A stretch of DNA of 64,000 nucleotides from Takakia lepidozioides (taxonomy: Eukaryota; Plantae; Bryophyta): assembly GCA_030704615.1 (NCBI GenBank), contig CM060732.1, positions 37,386,001-37,450,000 of the forward strand. The letters are read 5' to 3'. Below, one piece after another: positions 34,425 to 46,718 of this stretch. The notes under the pieces are model-generated. The model did no database searches and was not told the origin of the DNA. It was given only the letters and a program-made list of their open reading frames with translations. The position numbers were made by a program, and so were the translations under genes. How positions within the stretch are numbered: the stretch's first letter is position 1; each line of letters opens with the position of its first letter.

Positions 34425-37400
34425 ACCCCCCCCCCCTCCTAAAGTGCGCTACTGTCACCCCTAAGGCTCCTGTTGGTCTCAGTCTGTGCAAAAATTAAGG
34501 GTACCCCACAGATCCCGTAAAGTGCCTAAGTCCCAGACAGTCCTCTAACATTACCCTTCCCCTCTCAAAAAGCCGTGTCCTCACGGTTACTGTTTGGGAT
34601 TTGTAACCCTTTTGTGAGCGAGCACCCTTCTGACGGTTAGAGTCTCGTGAAGGACTCCGTGTGCGAGCCCGTGTCCTGTCACTGGTTGAGGGAGATGATT
34701 GAACACTACCTGGATATGTCAGTCCCTCTGGAGGCTGATATCGAGATAATCTTTCAGGCATAGGAGACCCCCGTCGTTTTTTCTCTGCCATCTGAATTGC
34801 ATAGTCATCTGCCATGTCAAAAGAGTCCGCTGAAGAAACAGTTGTATCAGAATCCTCGTCCCCCTGAGGTGTTTTAACTGTCGAACTTTAACTGGAATTC
34901 TCTAGGGCATACAATGTTGTCCCACCATGTCTGGAAGTTTAAATTGTAAAACTTGTTGTAAGCGCTGAATTGCAAAATTGGTGAAGACCCTGAGCTCCTT
35001 GTCTGTCCAGGTGAGTGGGGTACCGATGACTTGTGAATTGTGCAAATATTTCCATGCCTCATGTCCCTTAAAGAAAATATCGTCAGGGCCGAATTTCTGT
35101 GTTGACAAATTGTTCCAGGCCGCATGAAACCATGAACGAATCTGAGAATCCTTTTGCATCATAACTTTTGCCTCATATAGGTACATATGAGGTGGCACTG
35201 AAGGTAAGACCCAATGCTCCCCAATTGGAATAACTACAGAAAGGCGTTTGCATTTCTGCTGCTCAATGTGATAACGTACCAGAAAACAGCAGCGTAGTAT
35301 AACCCGCAGCCCCATGACAATACTTGCACCTCTTTGGTTTGGTATAAATGAATCATGTACAACTTGGAAGGCAATTAATTCCTTCAACATGGGTACTTGC
35401 CTCATGCCAGTACTGCGCAAAGTGATGATCCTCAATTGGTCGATGTTCGGAAGAAACTTTCGTCCTGGTTGCCACTGGAAGCCAAATGAGATGATTTGAT
35501 AGTAATGTGCAACGACTGCGGAGGAGGACTAATTCCTTCCAAGCCAAATCCCGCACAATGGGATTGTTGAAGGGCATAATCATGCCCGACTGTACTCCCG
35601 TGCAGCTGGGTTTTAGGTGGGTTAAAAGTAGCATTCCCCCCATACCTCAGGTGTGGGGTGGTTGTGGTGGGATTTGTAGTAACAACAGGGTCAGCTACTG
35701 GCACAGTGACTTGTTGTGGCTGTGTGGTGGCACTGGCTCTTTGTACCATTGGCATCTCCTGACCCCCTGCGAAGAGACTGAAAGCCAAAGTTCTGGCTTG
35801 TAAATAAGAAGCCATCAGCTGTTCCTCAGGTACAAAAACTCTCTTGTGAATATTGAAGTGAGGTCCTCCACCTGAGTTGCAGGCCGTCTACATCCTCTGT
35901 AACTCCGCTATTTCTACTATAGACATTGTCTATAGTAGTTGTGGCAATGTTCTGCACTTGCAGTCTGAGCTCATTCATCTCGCTTGGGTGAGCTTTCGTG
36001 GTGTTTGCCTCCACCGGCCCTGTGCTGACAAGCCTGCATAAGGTGGTTATCCACCAAGTTGCTTGTGGCACCCTGAGAGTTGCTCCTCTCTGATGTTGTA
36101 AAGCCTCCATGCGCTTCGCATGAGGTTCAACCAAACTCGCATAGGCAGCAGCCAGATTATTGGCTTCCTTCCAAGCCTTGTTAGCCAAGAGAGTTCATTT
36201 CTATTTACCATGAGCGTTTGTTGCAACTCCAGGATGTACCTCTATTGATCAGCTTCAACCTGCCTGTATTGCTGAAAGTATTCTCATTGCGACAGATTGT
36301 ATTCTTCATATCGACAGGAGTTTCGCTTGCTCAAATTCTCTGCCTCTGCCTTCGTACATCTTTCCGCTTGACTGTTTTATTCTATTGTAGCTTGGTCAAG
36401 CGTAGTGTGAGGTAAGCACATTGTATGGCATCCAATCATGCACAGTCTGAATGCAACTCCGTATGTAGTGCATTCATTCTTGCAACTTGCTTTCATGCTT
36501 CACTACATTTGGTATAGTGTTGCTTATGTGCGCGTGCATGCAACTGGTTGCGCAGGCCTGCCTCAATCAATTGTTCCTTGGCCAATTGACAAAGCCGCTT
36601 TTGTACTTCTAAGTCTTGCTGTATCTTGAGAGTGACCTCCTCATGACCCCTTGTTTGCACACTTAGTGGCAAGTCGAGCCTCAAACTCCTTCCTGAGTTC
36701 CTCCCTCAAAGCTGCCAATGGGTAGTGGAACATGGGATTTGATATAAGTGCCCAACAAATTAAGTGTCATGCTTATGGAACTCATAAGCATGGCCTATTG
36801 AGGGTCATCATGGTGAGCTTGCTGCTGTTCTCTCTGATCCTCAAAGTGTGATGCCTCACGAACCATTCAGGCCATTGCCCCACCAGATTTTCTTCCTGAA
36901 CCACTTCATCCGTCACAGGTGCTGCAGTGTCTTGGCTTCTACCTGTGGTACCTCCGTCACAGGTGCGTGTATTATATGCACCGCAGGGTTTCCCCTGTAC
37001 AACCGCTGCACCTCCGGAATCACTGTTTCCCTGACCAGACCAGAATTTTCATAGAGAAGGTCCCCCTTCTCAATTCTGCCACCCCTGTTCTGTAGTGGGG
37101 ATATCTAACCCTTCTTTCTCCAAATCAATTATTTCTGGTGGAACTGCATGGACCACTTGTGGTAACTCTGTGACAAGCCGAAAATCTGGCTGTGATGGCT
37201 GTGATGTGATACTGAAGTAACTTCCTCTTCCCTCTCTGAAGGTCCTGCTTCCAATAATAGCAGCTCTCTGTGCTGCAGTGCCCCTTCCTACACAAGAGCT
37301 TGGGAAACATTATCATGCGGTTTTCGTGAAGCCAGTGGATCCGCCACTACATTCTTTCCCGCCTCTGTCTCTTAGATTGGGGTTGCCCTGCCAGTCCACC

Positions 37401-39160
37401 CTCACTGTGTGAAGAGCCTTGCCTTCATTGCAGTGGTTTCGGTCTCAAACGATCACATCTCCTTTCTTTCCCGAGCATCAAGTATGCAAGAATCAAGAAT
37501 TATTTGAGCAATGATTGGGCCAGACACTATGATAGGAGACTTTGCGGCAGTGCCCTGTAATCTTTTCATCTCCTCTACCAGTGCGTTGTACATTATGTCC
37601 GCCCATGCTACCTCTTCTCCTCTCAAGGCTTTGAATATTTCCTCTGTGAAGGATCTGCTCAAATACTGTTGGTTCTGTTTCATGGCAAACAGAACGTTCA
37701 ATACTTGGCCCCCTCCCTTAGCCCTGGGTACACGGCCTTGGTACAAGCATAACCCTGAGTTTTAAAGAAACTCCCTTCTTGGAATAAGTCCCCTATTTGC
37801 AGTCTTGCCCTGTGCTCCTCCACATGCACCTGACCTGATGGCAATTCAAACAATTGATGAAGGTATAGGGGAGTAATTTCTAATTCAACTCCCTTCACCG
37901 TTGTTGCTCCTGTCCTAGGCTCAAAGTTCTGCAATTGTTCACTATACACATGTGCTCAAATTGGCTAATGTGTACATCAGGATCCCCTTTTCCTGAATAT
38001 ATTAGAAAGGGTGGTTTTGCCCGTGTTGGTTGTAACGACATCTGTGGCCCTACCTTCTGCCCACTGACAGATGTTGGCCCTCTTGCTGGTGATGGTCCTT
38101 GAGGACCTGTTGTAGTTGTGGTGGAACTTCCACCAAGTGGTGGCCCCTGAGCAATTCCTGCTACTGGCCCCACTATATTCACAGTATTCCCAGCTCCAGT
38201 TGCACTACTTCCCACACTCCCTGTCCCCCAGAGCCAAATCCAGGCTGCCCGCCTGATCCCCCTGAGCCGACACCTTCATTGGCCTGTGATCCAAGTGCTC
38301 CACTTGATCCAGGTCCAACGGGTTGGGATGTCCTGGTTGTAGTCTCAACCTCAGCTGTTGGGTCTACTTCTTCATACTCTTCCTCTTCAATTTTTCTCTC
38401 TATTTTCTCCTCCAAGTTCTGTCCTTGGGTCTCTTCTTCACTCATGTAACTCAACTGCAATAGTGTTGGAGAGTCTGAACTCTCCGTTGGCTCTGCCACA
38501 TCCTCTCCTCCTTCTTAATCTTTCGTCTCAGAAACTGGAGTTCCTGCTTTTGGTGTTCCATGCCAACTCTTATCAAAGATTTCTGTCAAATCTTTTATCC
38601 ACGGATGTATCTCAGATCTTTCACCTCGCGGTTGATCTTCTTCCTGTACCAATTCCCTTAATCTTTCTTGCAAAGAAAAAGAAGGAGTGGCATCCAACTC
38701 TAGTTCTTCCGGTATGGGTGATGTACTTTCTGATCTTAATGGTGTGAGAGGTCCAGATGATTCCCCTATGTCTATTCCTCTCTCCTAAAGATATGGATAA
38801 TTAGCTTTCAGATAACTTTCTTTTTTGGCTGAATATCTCTGGAGTCTAGCTTCTCTTTCATCACTCATGTCCCATGTCTTTCATTTCTTTAATGTGGCAA
38901 TAACCAAAACTCTCTTCTGTAGTATCTCTACCGTGCCACTACTGATGGACACTTACACAAAGATCTGTGATCCAGGAGCCAAACACCTCCGGTTGGAGGA
39001 AAGTCCAAGAGACCAAAAAACATGGCTCTCTGCCCGAGACCTAAATCTTACAAACGCATACCCTACCCTGTCTACGATGACGCAGGGAGAGCGATGTCGG
39101 GAGAGAGTAAGAAGATCTTTCAATAAGGGGGGGTTGAGAGAGAGATCTATCTATAATGCA
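34425..39160 (-). mobile_element. internally deleted non-autonomous Athila/Tat-like LTR element (gag N-terminus joined to an env-like/3' ORF region)
   Basis: LTR end ..CCATCA at 38943 followed by PBS-like TGGCACGGTAG; gag motif YSGKGDPDVHISQFEHMC; then VKGVELEITP..LFELP / VAWADIMYNAL and coiled-coil ORFs; G-run near 34430; no pol. Confidence 0.55.
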
Positions 39161-39164
39161 GCTT

Positions 39165-42100
39165 AGAAGCAGTCGATGAAGGTTTTTGATGTTTCCAGTT
39201 AATGTCCCGTTCAAACTCCGGGGAAAGAGTGGAGTGGTGCACGAAGATCTCGCCAGGCTTGAGGGGGGAGCTCGTTCCAGCTGCATTGGTCTTGCACAGG
39301 GCTGCTGCATATGAGGCCCTGTCTGCCCCAGGTGTGTTGAAACTTCCTGTGGAGCACAGTTGCATTCGTGGCGTCACGTTCAATGTCTGCACAGAGTTTC
39401 CCCCATGCTTTCCTAGCCTCAGTTTGTAAGTCCCAAAATACAGTGGCAAGGAGAGAGGATGTTGTTGTTGTGTGGCCTTGGAAAATGTTCTTACAACGTG
39501 GTTTCCATAAATGCCACAACGTAGAGGCTCTAAGGGTTTCAAACACTGGGCAATTTAGGGTTCTATTCTTGGAAGCTGGGTCATAGTTAAGAAGGAGGTC
39601 TGTATCCGTGAGCTGTCTTCTGTCCCAATATCTATAGAATGACTTAACATATGGCCAGATTTTGGCTGGTTCTTGACATGAGAGAAGGCAATGTTCGATG
39701 GATTCCAATACTGCAGTGGAACAGCAAGCACACAAGAGGGCTCCCTGGAACTGTAGGCATTCCCCCACTTTGAGAACTCTATTAACAACCTGCCAAAGGA
39801 AAGCTGCTATCTTTGATGGCCGGGTTTTGATCCACACTGAGCCCCAAATGATTTTCTAGTTCTCATCGCGGAAGTTGTAGAGCCCCCATTTTGATTCCCA
39901 TTTCTTGTTCATGGGTTGGGTGATTGACAGGGCTTTGTAGCCCTTTTTTGTTATGCAAAGAAGGGTTCTGGGGTGGTGTTGAATTTCCATAACCATTCGG
40001 AGGGGTCAATATCCAATTCTGCCAGTGGCCTACCCAAAATCCATACAAAGGAGTTGGTTGCTAGCCAAGCTCTAGTGGTGATAGTGAGGGGTGGCTGGGG
40101 ATTCATACCCTTATCTGTGGCTGTCCAGCAGCAGACACGGATTGGAGTGAGAGGCATAGTTTGGATTGTCAAAGGTTCTGTAGAGGTAAGTGTGAGTCTT
40201 AGGGAGGTGGTGTTGATGGCGAATATGAAAACAACTATGGCATTTATGGATATGTCATCTACAAAACAATGGTAAGCTAGTTGTGAAGTATGATGAGTGC
40301 CCAGGTTTTTGGGACTGGTTCCGGAGGGCCTGCGGAAAGGGTGGCCAACCACTGCACTGGTACAGATTGAACAAGTTGTTGGTGGCCTTTTGTGGCCCTT
40401 GCGAGGCCTACAGCCTGAGCCATAGATTGTAGAGATATGAAACCAATCCCTGACCATATGTTATGAATTTGTCTGATGCCAAGGCAGTCCCATTTGGACC
40501 ACCTTTTTGCCTGGTTTTTTTGAGAAGGGGTCAGAGGAGTGTCGTTTCGAAACAAGTGTTGTCTCTTAACTTCATAGAAGGTACTTGGCTGGGCTTTTAC
40601 AAGCAGTTTCCTTAGCCGCCCTCAGGCTGACCAGATGTTAGACCATAGAGCGGATCCCACTGTCTTCAGATTGAATCCTTGAGTGAGCCAACGTAGGGAG
40701 GAGCTCCATGGGGTAGTCCTGAGAGGGGAGGATTTTGTAATGTGGTCATAGACCAAGAATTTCCACCATCCCCCCTCCGGCCCTACAAACCTGGGTATCC
40801 ATTGGCTAAGAAGAGCTACAATTTGTGTTTCTGGATCGAGTATCCCTAACCCCACCTTTTTTTTGGGTAAACAGATTTGAGCCAGGCTACAAGCGGTCGT
40901 TTGTTTTGTGATGAGGTCTCGGCTCCCCAAACAAAGTTCCTAAGCAGGCGCTTAATTTCCTGAATTTGTTTAGAGCTTGGGCGCCAGGAAGAAGCATAAT
41001 ACCATAATCCAGCTGAATGAATCTGATTAGCAACAAGGGCTCTTCCTGTAATTGAGAGATGTTTTGAACCCCAGTAAGTCAGTTTCCTCTTCAAGTTGGT
41101 CACTGTGGCAGCAAAAATCTGTTGGTCTGACAGTCCAATTCCATATGTGTAGCCCAGTAGTGTGGTGGTCTCCCCAGGTTTGAGCCACCTTAGCCCTTGA
41201 TCCATTCCCCATGAGGGCGGGGATCCCATTGTGGATTTTGAGAGGTTCCCTACCAGTAAACCTGAAGTCTTATTCCAGTTTACTTTGAATCCAGGTGCTG
41301 CACAAAACTTGTTCAAGGTAAACCCTGTCTGGTCCAAGTTTTCCGGGGTGGCTTGCAACATTAAAAAGGTATCATCAACGAACATTGAGTCCACCAAGAA
41401 ATTGTACTGCCTGGTAATGTAGTTAGTGACCCTGAGGCCCTTTAAACTGATTTTGCTGTAGCATATAGCCGAGTGTATCTACTACCATCAGAAACAGGAA
41501 AGGTGAGAGGGGGCACCCTTGCCTCACTGAGCGCTGTAGAGGGAACGAAGCTGATAGATGGCCATTGATTGAGACTCTGCTAGATGCATCGGTGAGTAAT
41601 ATCCTGACCCATTTGCAAAAGGATTGGGGAAAACCCAATTTAGCCAAGGCTGCCAGCAGGTATGAACATTCAACACGATCGAAAGCTTCTTAAAGTCTAA
41701 AAGGAGGAGGGCACTAGCTTGGTTTGTTCTAGCAGCGAAGTCTGGAATTTCCTGGGCTAGAAGGAGGTTATCCAATATGTATCTACCCTTGATAAACCCT
41801 GTTTGATTTGGCCTAATTATAGTTGGAAGTAGAGGTTGCAATCTAAGGGCCAGTGCCTTCGCCACTATCTTGTAGGCTACATTGAGGAGGGTTATGGGCC
41901 GATAATTGGATATGTTTGTTCTATCACCCTTTTTATAGAGTAAGGTTATAACTCCTTGTGTCATAATTGTGGGCATGTGTCCCCGTTGAAACACATGGTT
42001 TGCCATTGCAGTGAAATCCCTGGAGATTTCCGGCCACAATGCTTTGTAAAATTCCACCGATAAACCGTCTATGCCTGGGGATTTGTTGTTTTGAAGTTTC

Positions 42101-45100
42101 GATAATGCTTCACCCAGCTCTATATCTATGAACTCTCCTTCTAATTGGGAAGCGAACTGGTGGGACAGCAGGGTAGGGGTGTTTATCAAACATGATGTTT
42201 GTTCTTCTGTTGGTTGCAGGGAGTCGAGGTCACTATGAAAAAGATTATGGAAGTGCCTGCCAGCCAGCATGGCCATGGCCTTTGGTGTAGAAGTTGAAGT
42301 GCCTGATGGCTGTTCAATGAGCTCAGAAATTGTTTGAGAGGCACGTCTCAATCTTGTTTTGTCGAAAAAATATTTATTCATTTTTTTCTCCTTTTGTGGT
42401 CCAGTTGACACCCGCCTGCAATGTCCACTTCCTCTCCTGGATTTTGTGATGAATGTCAAGGTTGTTTCTGGCTTGGACATATGTACGGTATGTGTCTTCA
42501 TCACAACAGGTGGATTCTATTTTTGATTGACAAACTTTGAGGCATTTGTTTAAGGCTTTGACCTTCCTCTTTCTGATGCTTGCTAGTTCCTGACTCACCC
42601 TCTGACTTTCAATATTGACAGCCTTCAGCTTGGCCAGGAAGAGATGCGTAGGGTTCAGGAGGTCACTTCCCGCCTGAGTCCAAGCCCTTAGCAGTCCTTG
42701 CTTGAAGCTTGGCAGCTTAAGGATGAGGTTATTTATTTTGTAAATGCCTCTACCCCTTCTGTAAGAGTCTGGTAGGGTTATGGAGAGGGTAATTGGTGCT
42801 TGGTCAAAGCATAAGGGTATTGGTTCTCGAGGGGCTCTCTTAGCATATTGAACTAAGTCAAGGGAAAGGTAAGCTCTATCAAGACGAGCCATACTTAGAT
42901 CTGCTAGAGAACGGTTATTGGACCAGGTAAAGGTGATGTTTGATGACTGTCCAAAGATTGGTACTGCTTCTGTGAGGTTGTGTGTTTGCATGCAGTTGAA
43001 CCACTGGTCCATTTCTTCTGGGTTTGAGGTAAATAACCCCGCGCCTCTTCTATCCTCTTGCATCTCCACCATATTAAAATCTCCGGACAATATCCAACTA
43101 TCTATTGAAGGTTGTTCCCTCATTTTTGTGTTCAGAGTGTTCCAAAATTTTGCTCTGTCAGTAGAATCGTTGGGTGCATAAATATTCACCAGCCCAATTG
43201 GACCTGTTGAGTTGGGTAGGGATAAGACACAAAATTGCAATCTTCTGGGGAGCCAGGTTTCCTGCGTAGTGAGGAACGGTTGAATGGTAAGTGAAAGAAG
43301 TATTGCAATACCTCCTTTCGTACCCGTGGAAGTGGGTTTCCATAAGGAGTTAGCCAATGGCCATAGAAAATCAGTGAGGCTATCTATTTTCCCATGATCT
43401 AGTTTATGTTGCTGAAGGAATATGATGGAATGATTTGCAAGGAAGGGAGTCAGCCAGGTTTTGTTTTTCAGCCTTTGTAGAAAAGCTGGGTCTACTCCCA
43501 ACCCTCTTATATCATGAATGGAGGTTAAAGATCATTGGCAAGTCATGGTAGGCTGAGGCTGACAGTCTCATTTGATAGCCTAGAAGTGTGATAGAAGAAT
43601 TTAACCTTACTGTCTCTTGGTCGTAGGGAATTTTTCCAGACATAATTGTCCGGGGGCTTGCGAGTTTTATTCTGGATGAGTATGAAAATCCCTCTTGGTT
43701 TTGTGTTTTTGGGTAGGTCATGGGATGAAAGGAATTGTTCTGCAGACACTGTGGATATGGTTATAGATAAAACCAAGGCTTCAGTCGGGAAGAACATCAC
43801 ATTGAAAATATCGTTAAAACCAGGGTATCTCTCACTGATTGAGCCATCGGAGGGAAGAGTTCCAGAGGGTATGTTTTCTGGCAAATCAAACACTGGTAGC
43901 CTATGTCTGACCTGCTTCCCCCCCACGTATTTCTCTTTCTCGCATAATATCTAGTATCTAGCAGGGTTCCCAGATAAGACCAGATAAATGAAACAGGGTG
44001 AGAGAGAGGATGGTACCTTGTTTGGGGAAGGTGGAGAGGAGGGAGTTTAGACCTTGGGTGGAGAAGTCACTTGAGAGTTCGGCAGCGAGTTAGCCTGGGT
44101 TGTGTCAATGATTGTTGGGGAGGATAATTGTTTTGCTCGTTTCACCGAGTCCATCATGTTGTGATTCTCCTCTTGCGTAGAAGATTCCACCTGGGAGTCT
44201 GAGGAAGAGTGAGAGTGATCTGTCCATCTGGTGCAATTAATATGATCTCTTGTCCTTTGAACCTTCATTCTGTAATTTCCCCATCCACTTCAGAGTCCAA
44301 GTGGGCTCCCAGCAACTGAAACCCATTTATCAGGGTATCCTGGTTTCGAATTTGCAAACTGTGACTCCCTCTGGGGGCTGAGAGCAGGTCCTCATAAGTC
44401 CAGATAGCCTCTATCGGTGGAGGCGAGGCATAAATTTCTACATCCTCCATGAGAGCTAGAATGTGGGTTGAAGGTTTGACACTAAGTCCAGGATAGTCTT
44501 CCATGTATGCCCCCATTTTGGTGAGGGATGAAAATGAATAATGTTTTTGTTGCTTGAGGAAAAATTGCTGAATTTTCCCCTTGAACAGAATTTGCGAATT
44601 GGTATTGGGTGGGTTGGTTTGCAGGAAATGCTTGAGATCTGCTAATGTTATCCATAAAGATTCGACTGTTTTCCAGTCGTCCGATGTAATGAGGATAGCC
44701 GGGGGTTTGCTTTTTCGAAAGATCAAGGGTGTCACACATGCTGCCTTCGGGGAGTCGACAATTTCCAGTGCTGAGCATCCCACCAAGTTTAGGTGTGGGA
44801 ATGAGCCGATTTGGAGACAGTTGTTAGCAAACCTAGAATTACAAGCGATTCCAATGGTGATTTTGGGGAAGGAATTACTAGTAGGGAGGGTCAATTTGAC
44901 TACTCTTGGGGGTGAGCTATCCTGATGCTTTCCTTTTCCTTGGCCGATAGATGCCCCCTGCTGCTGTGTTTCCGTGAGTTTCCCTTTCCCTTTTGTGATG
45001 GCATTCATTTGTTGCTGGTGGGCCATCACCTCTTCTTGCATCGGATCCTTGGGTGTCTCCTCCCTTCCGGGGCTTTGCCATGATCTGAGCTGTAGAGGGT

Positions 45101-46150
45101 CATTTGGTGTTTTGTGCCGGGTTTGTTGCCCTCCTGGAATTGTTGCAGGCTCAGGTTGTGGTGTGGGAGACTGTAATTCCTGCCAGTGCTCCGCTGTTGA
45201 TTTTGGGCCCCCTCCTTGTTCCTGTCTCCGTGGTTTGGATGGGGTCATGGGCTGGGTTCGCTTGCGCTTGGCTGCCAGGCAGTCGATTCTGAGATGTCGC
45301 AACTGGCCAACAAAGGTGTCGGCTCAGGGGGATCAGGCGGGCATGGATCTGGCTCTGGGGGGGTTGGGGGTCAAAGACAGCCAAGCATCCAAGATAAGAC
45401 CCGAAATGGTTTGCAATGTCTGCCAAGTTCACCAAGTACTGGTCTGGGATCTTTGGGACTGAGATGATGTGGGGGCCCCACAGCTTTCCGTTCCTGTTCC
45501 CCATCCTAGGAGACCATGGAAATATGTTGACATTAAACCCCCTGGTATGAGGGTTAAATAGCAAAGCCTCATTAGCAGCCTCTTTTGTTTCAAAGATGAT
45601 AGACAAAAACCCCCTTCCTTTGGCATGGCAGGTAGCTGCCTCAGTTCTCCATTACCGCCAAGGTGTCTGATGGCCCAATCCCTGACTGTTGCCCTATCAA
45701 CTTTTTTCCCCGGAAAGTGAATGAGGATACCTGTCTCTTCCATTGTTGTGACTCTCCTTTGCAGTTCCGAGATGTTCATGTTGATCATGGGGTAGTCCTT
45801 GTCCAGATCATCTTGATTAAGAGCGCTCTCTTCCTCCCAGTCTACTGGTGGTTCCTCCAAAATTGGAGGGTTCGAAAAGTTTGGAATGAAGGAGTTTAAC
45901 CTGGGCATTTTGAGAAGTGGTTGGGGAGGGGAGAGAGGGTTGGTGGGAATGGGAGGGGAGGGATGTCTTACTGAACCACTGGCAGAAGCTATCCTGGATC
46001 GAGCTTGGTGTGCCATAAAGAAGCCCGTACCAGACGACGGGGTGGATCTTCTGTGCTGACTCTGCTGCCCTCTGGTGTTCCCCCGAGTCGCCAACTTCTC
46101 ATTGTTACGCAGCTGGTTGCTTCCGGGAGCCATAGTTAACAAAACAGAAG
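39165..46150 (-). mobile_element. L1-type LINE, near full length, degenerate
   Basis: ORF1 (RRM-like IFPWSP, knuckle remnant HLRIDC); endonuclease (NIYAPN, GDFN, ARLDRAY); RT (KSPGIDG, YRPITLLN, QGCPLSP, FVDD); zf-RVT (CACC..ESIEHCLLSC). Several frameshifts. Confidence 0.92.
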
Positions 46151-46718
46151 CGTTTTAAGGACTCCGCTGGTTGTGAGAGATATGGATCTTAAGAGAGGGG
46201 TTGGCGGAAAAAATAGAGGAGAGGGGTATAGGCGGGAAACGTGCTGTAGAAAGCGAATGGCTTAGAAGCTAAAGACGGCTGTGGTGGGAGGATTAGGGAT
46301 GATACAGGTAGCAAAGATGGAGATGAAAGGGAGCAGGATGTTAGGATGAACACTGTTGAAGAAAGTATTGAAAGAGAACCAAACAAAAACTTGTAATGTG
46401 CATATCATTTGAAAGCTAAGCTTGGGAGTATTTGCTATGTGGTGTAAGTAAAGCAAGCAGGAAGTCGATAGGATATGATAGAGATGGAAGAAGTTTTCAG
46501 ATGACCGTTGGAGGTTGTCTCGCAGCCTCGCCATCGCGCCTCCCTGAAGTTTCATGTTTCAACCTTTTTGGTTTCTCTTCTTACGATTTGGTTTTCATGT
46601 TTTAAATATTTATTGATTTTATTTCATTAAAATCAGGACACCCAGGGCCCAGCACGGATGGTGCAGGGGGAGAGATTGTATAACGGAGGTAAGCTGGCTG
46701 GGAGGTGGCGCACTGACC

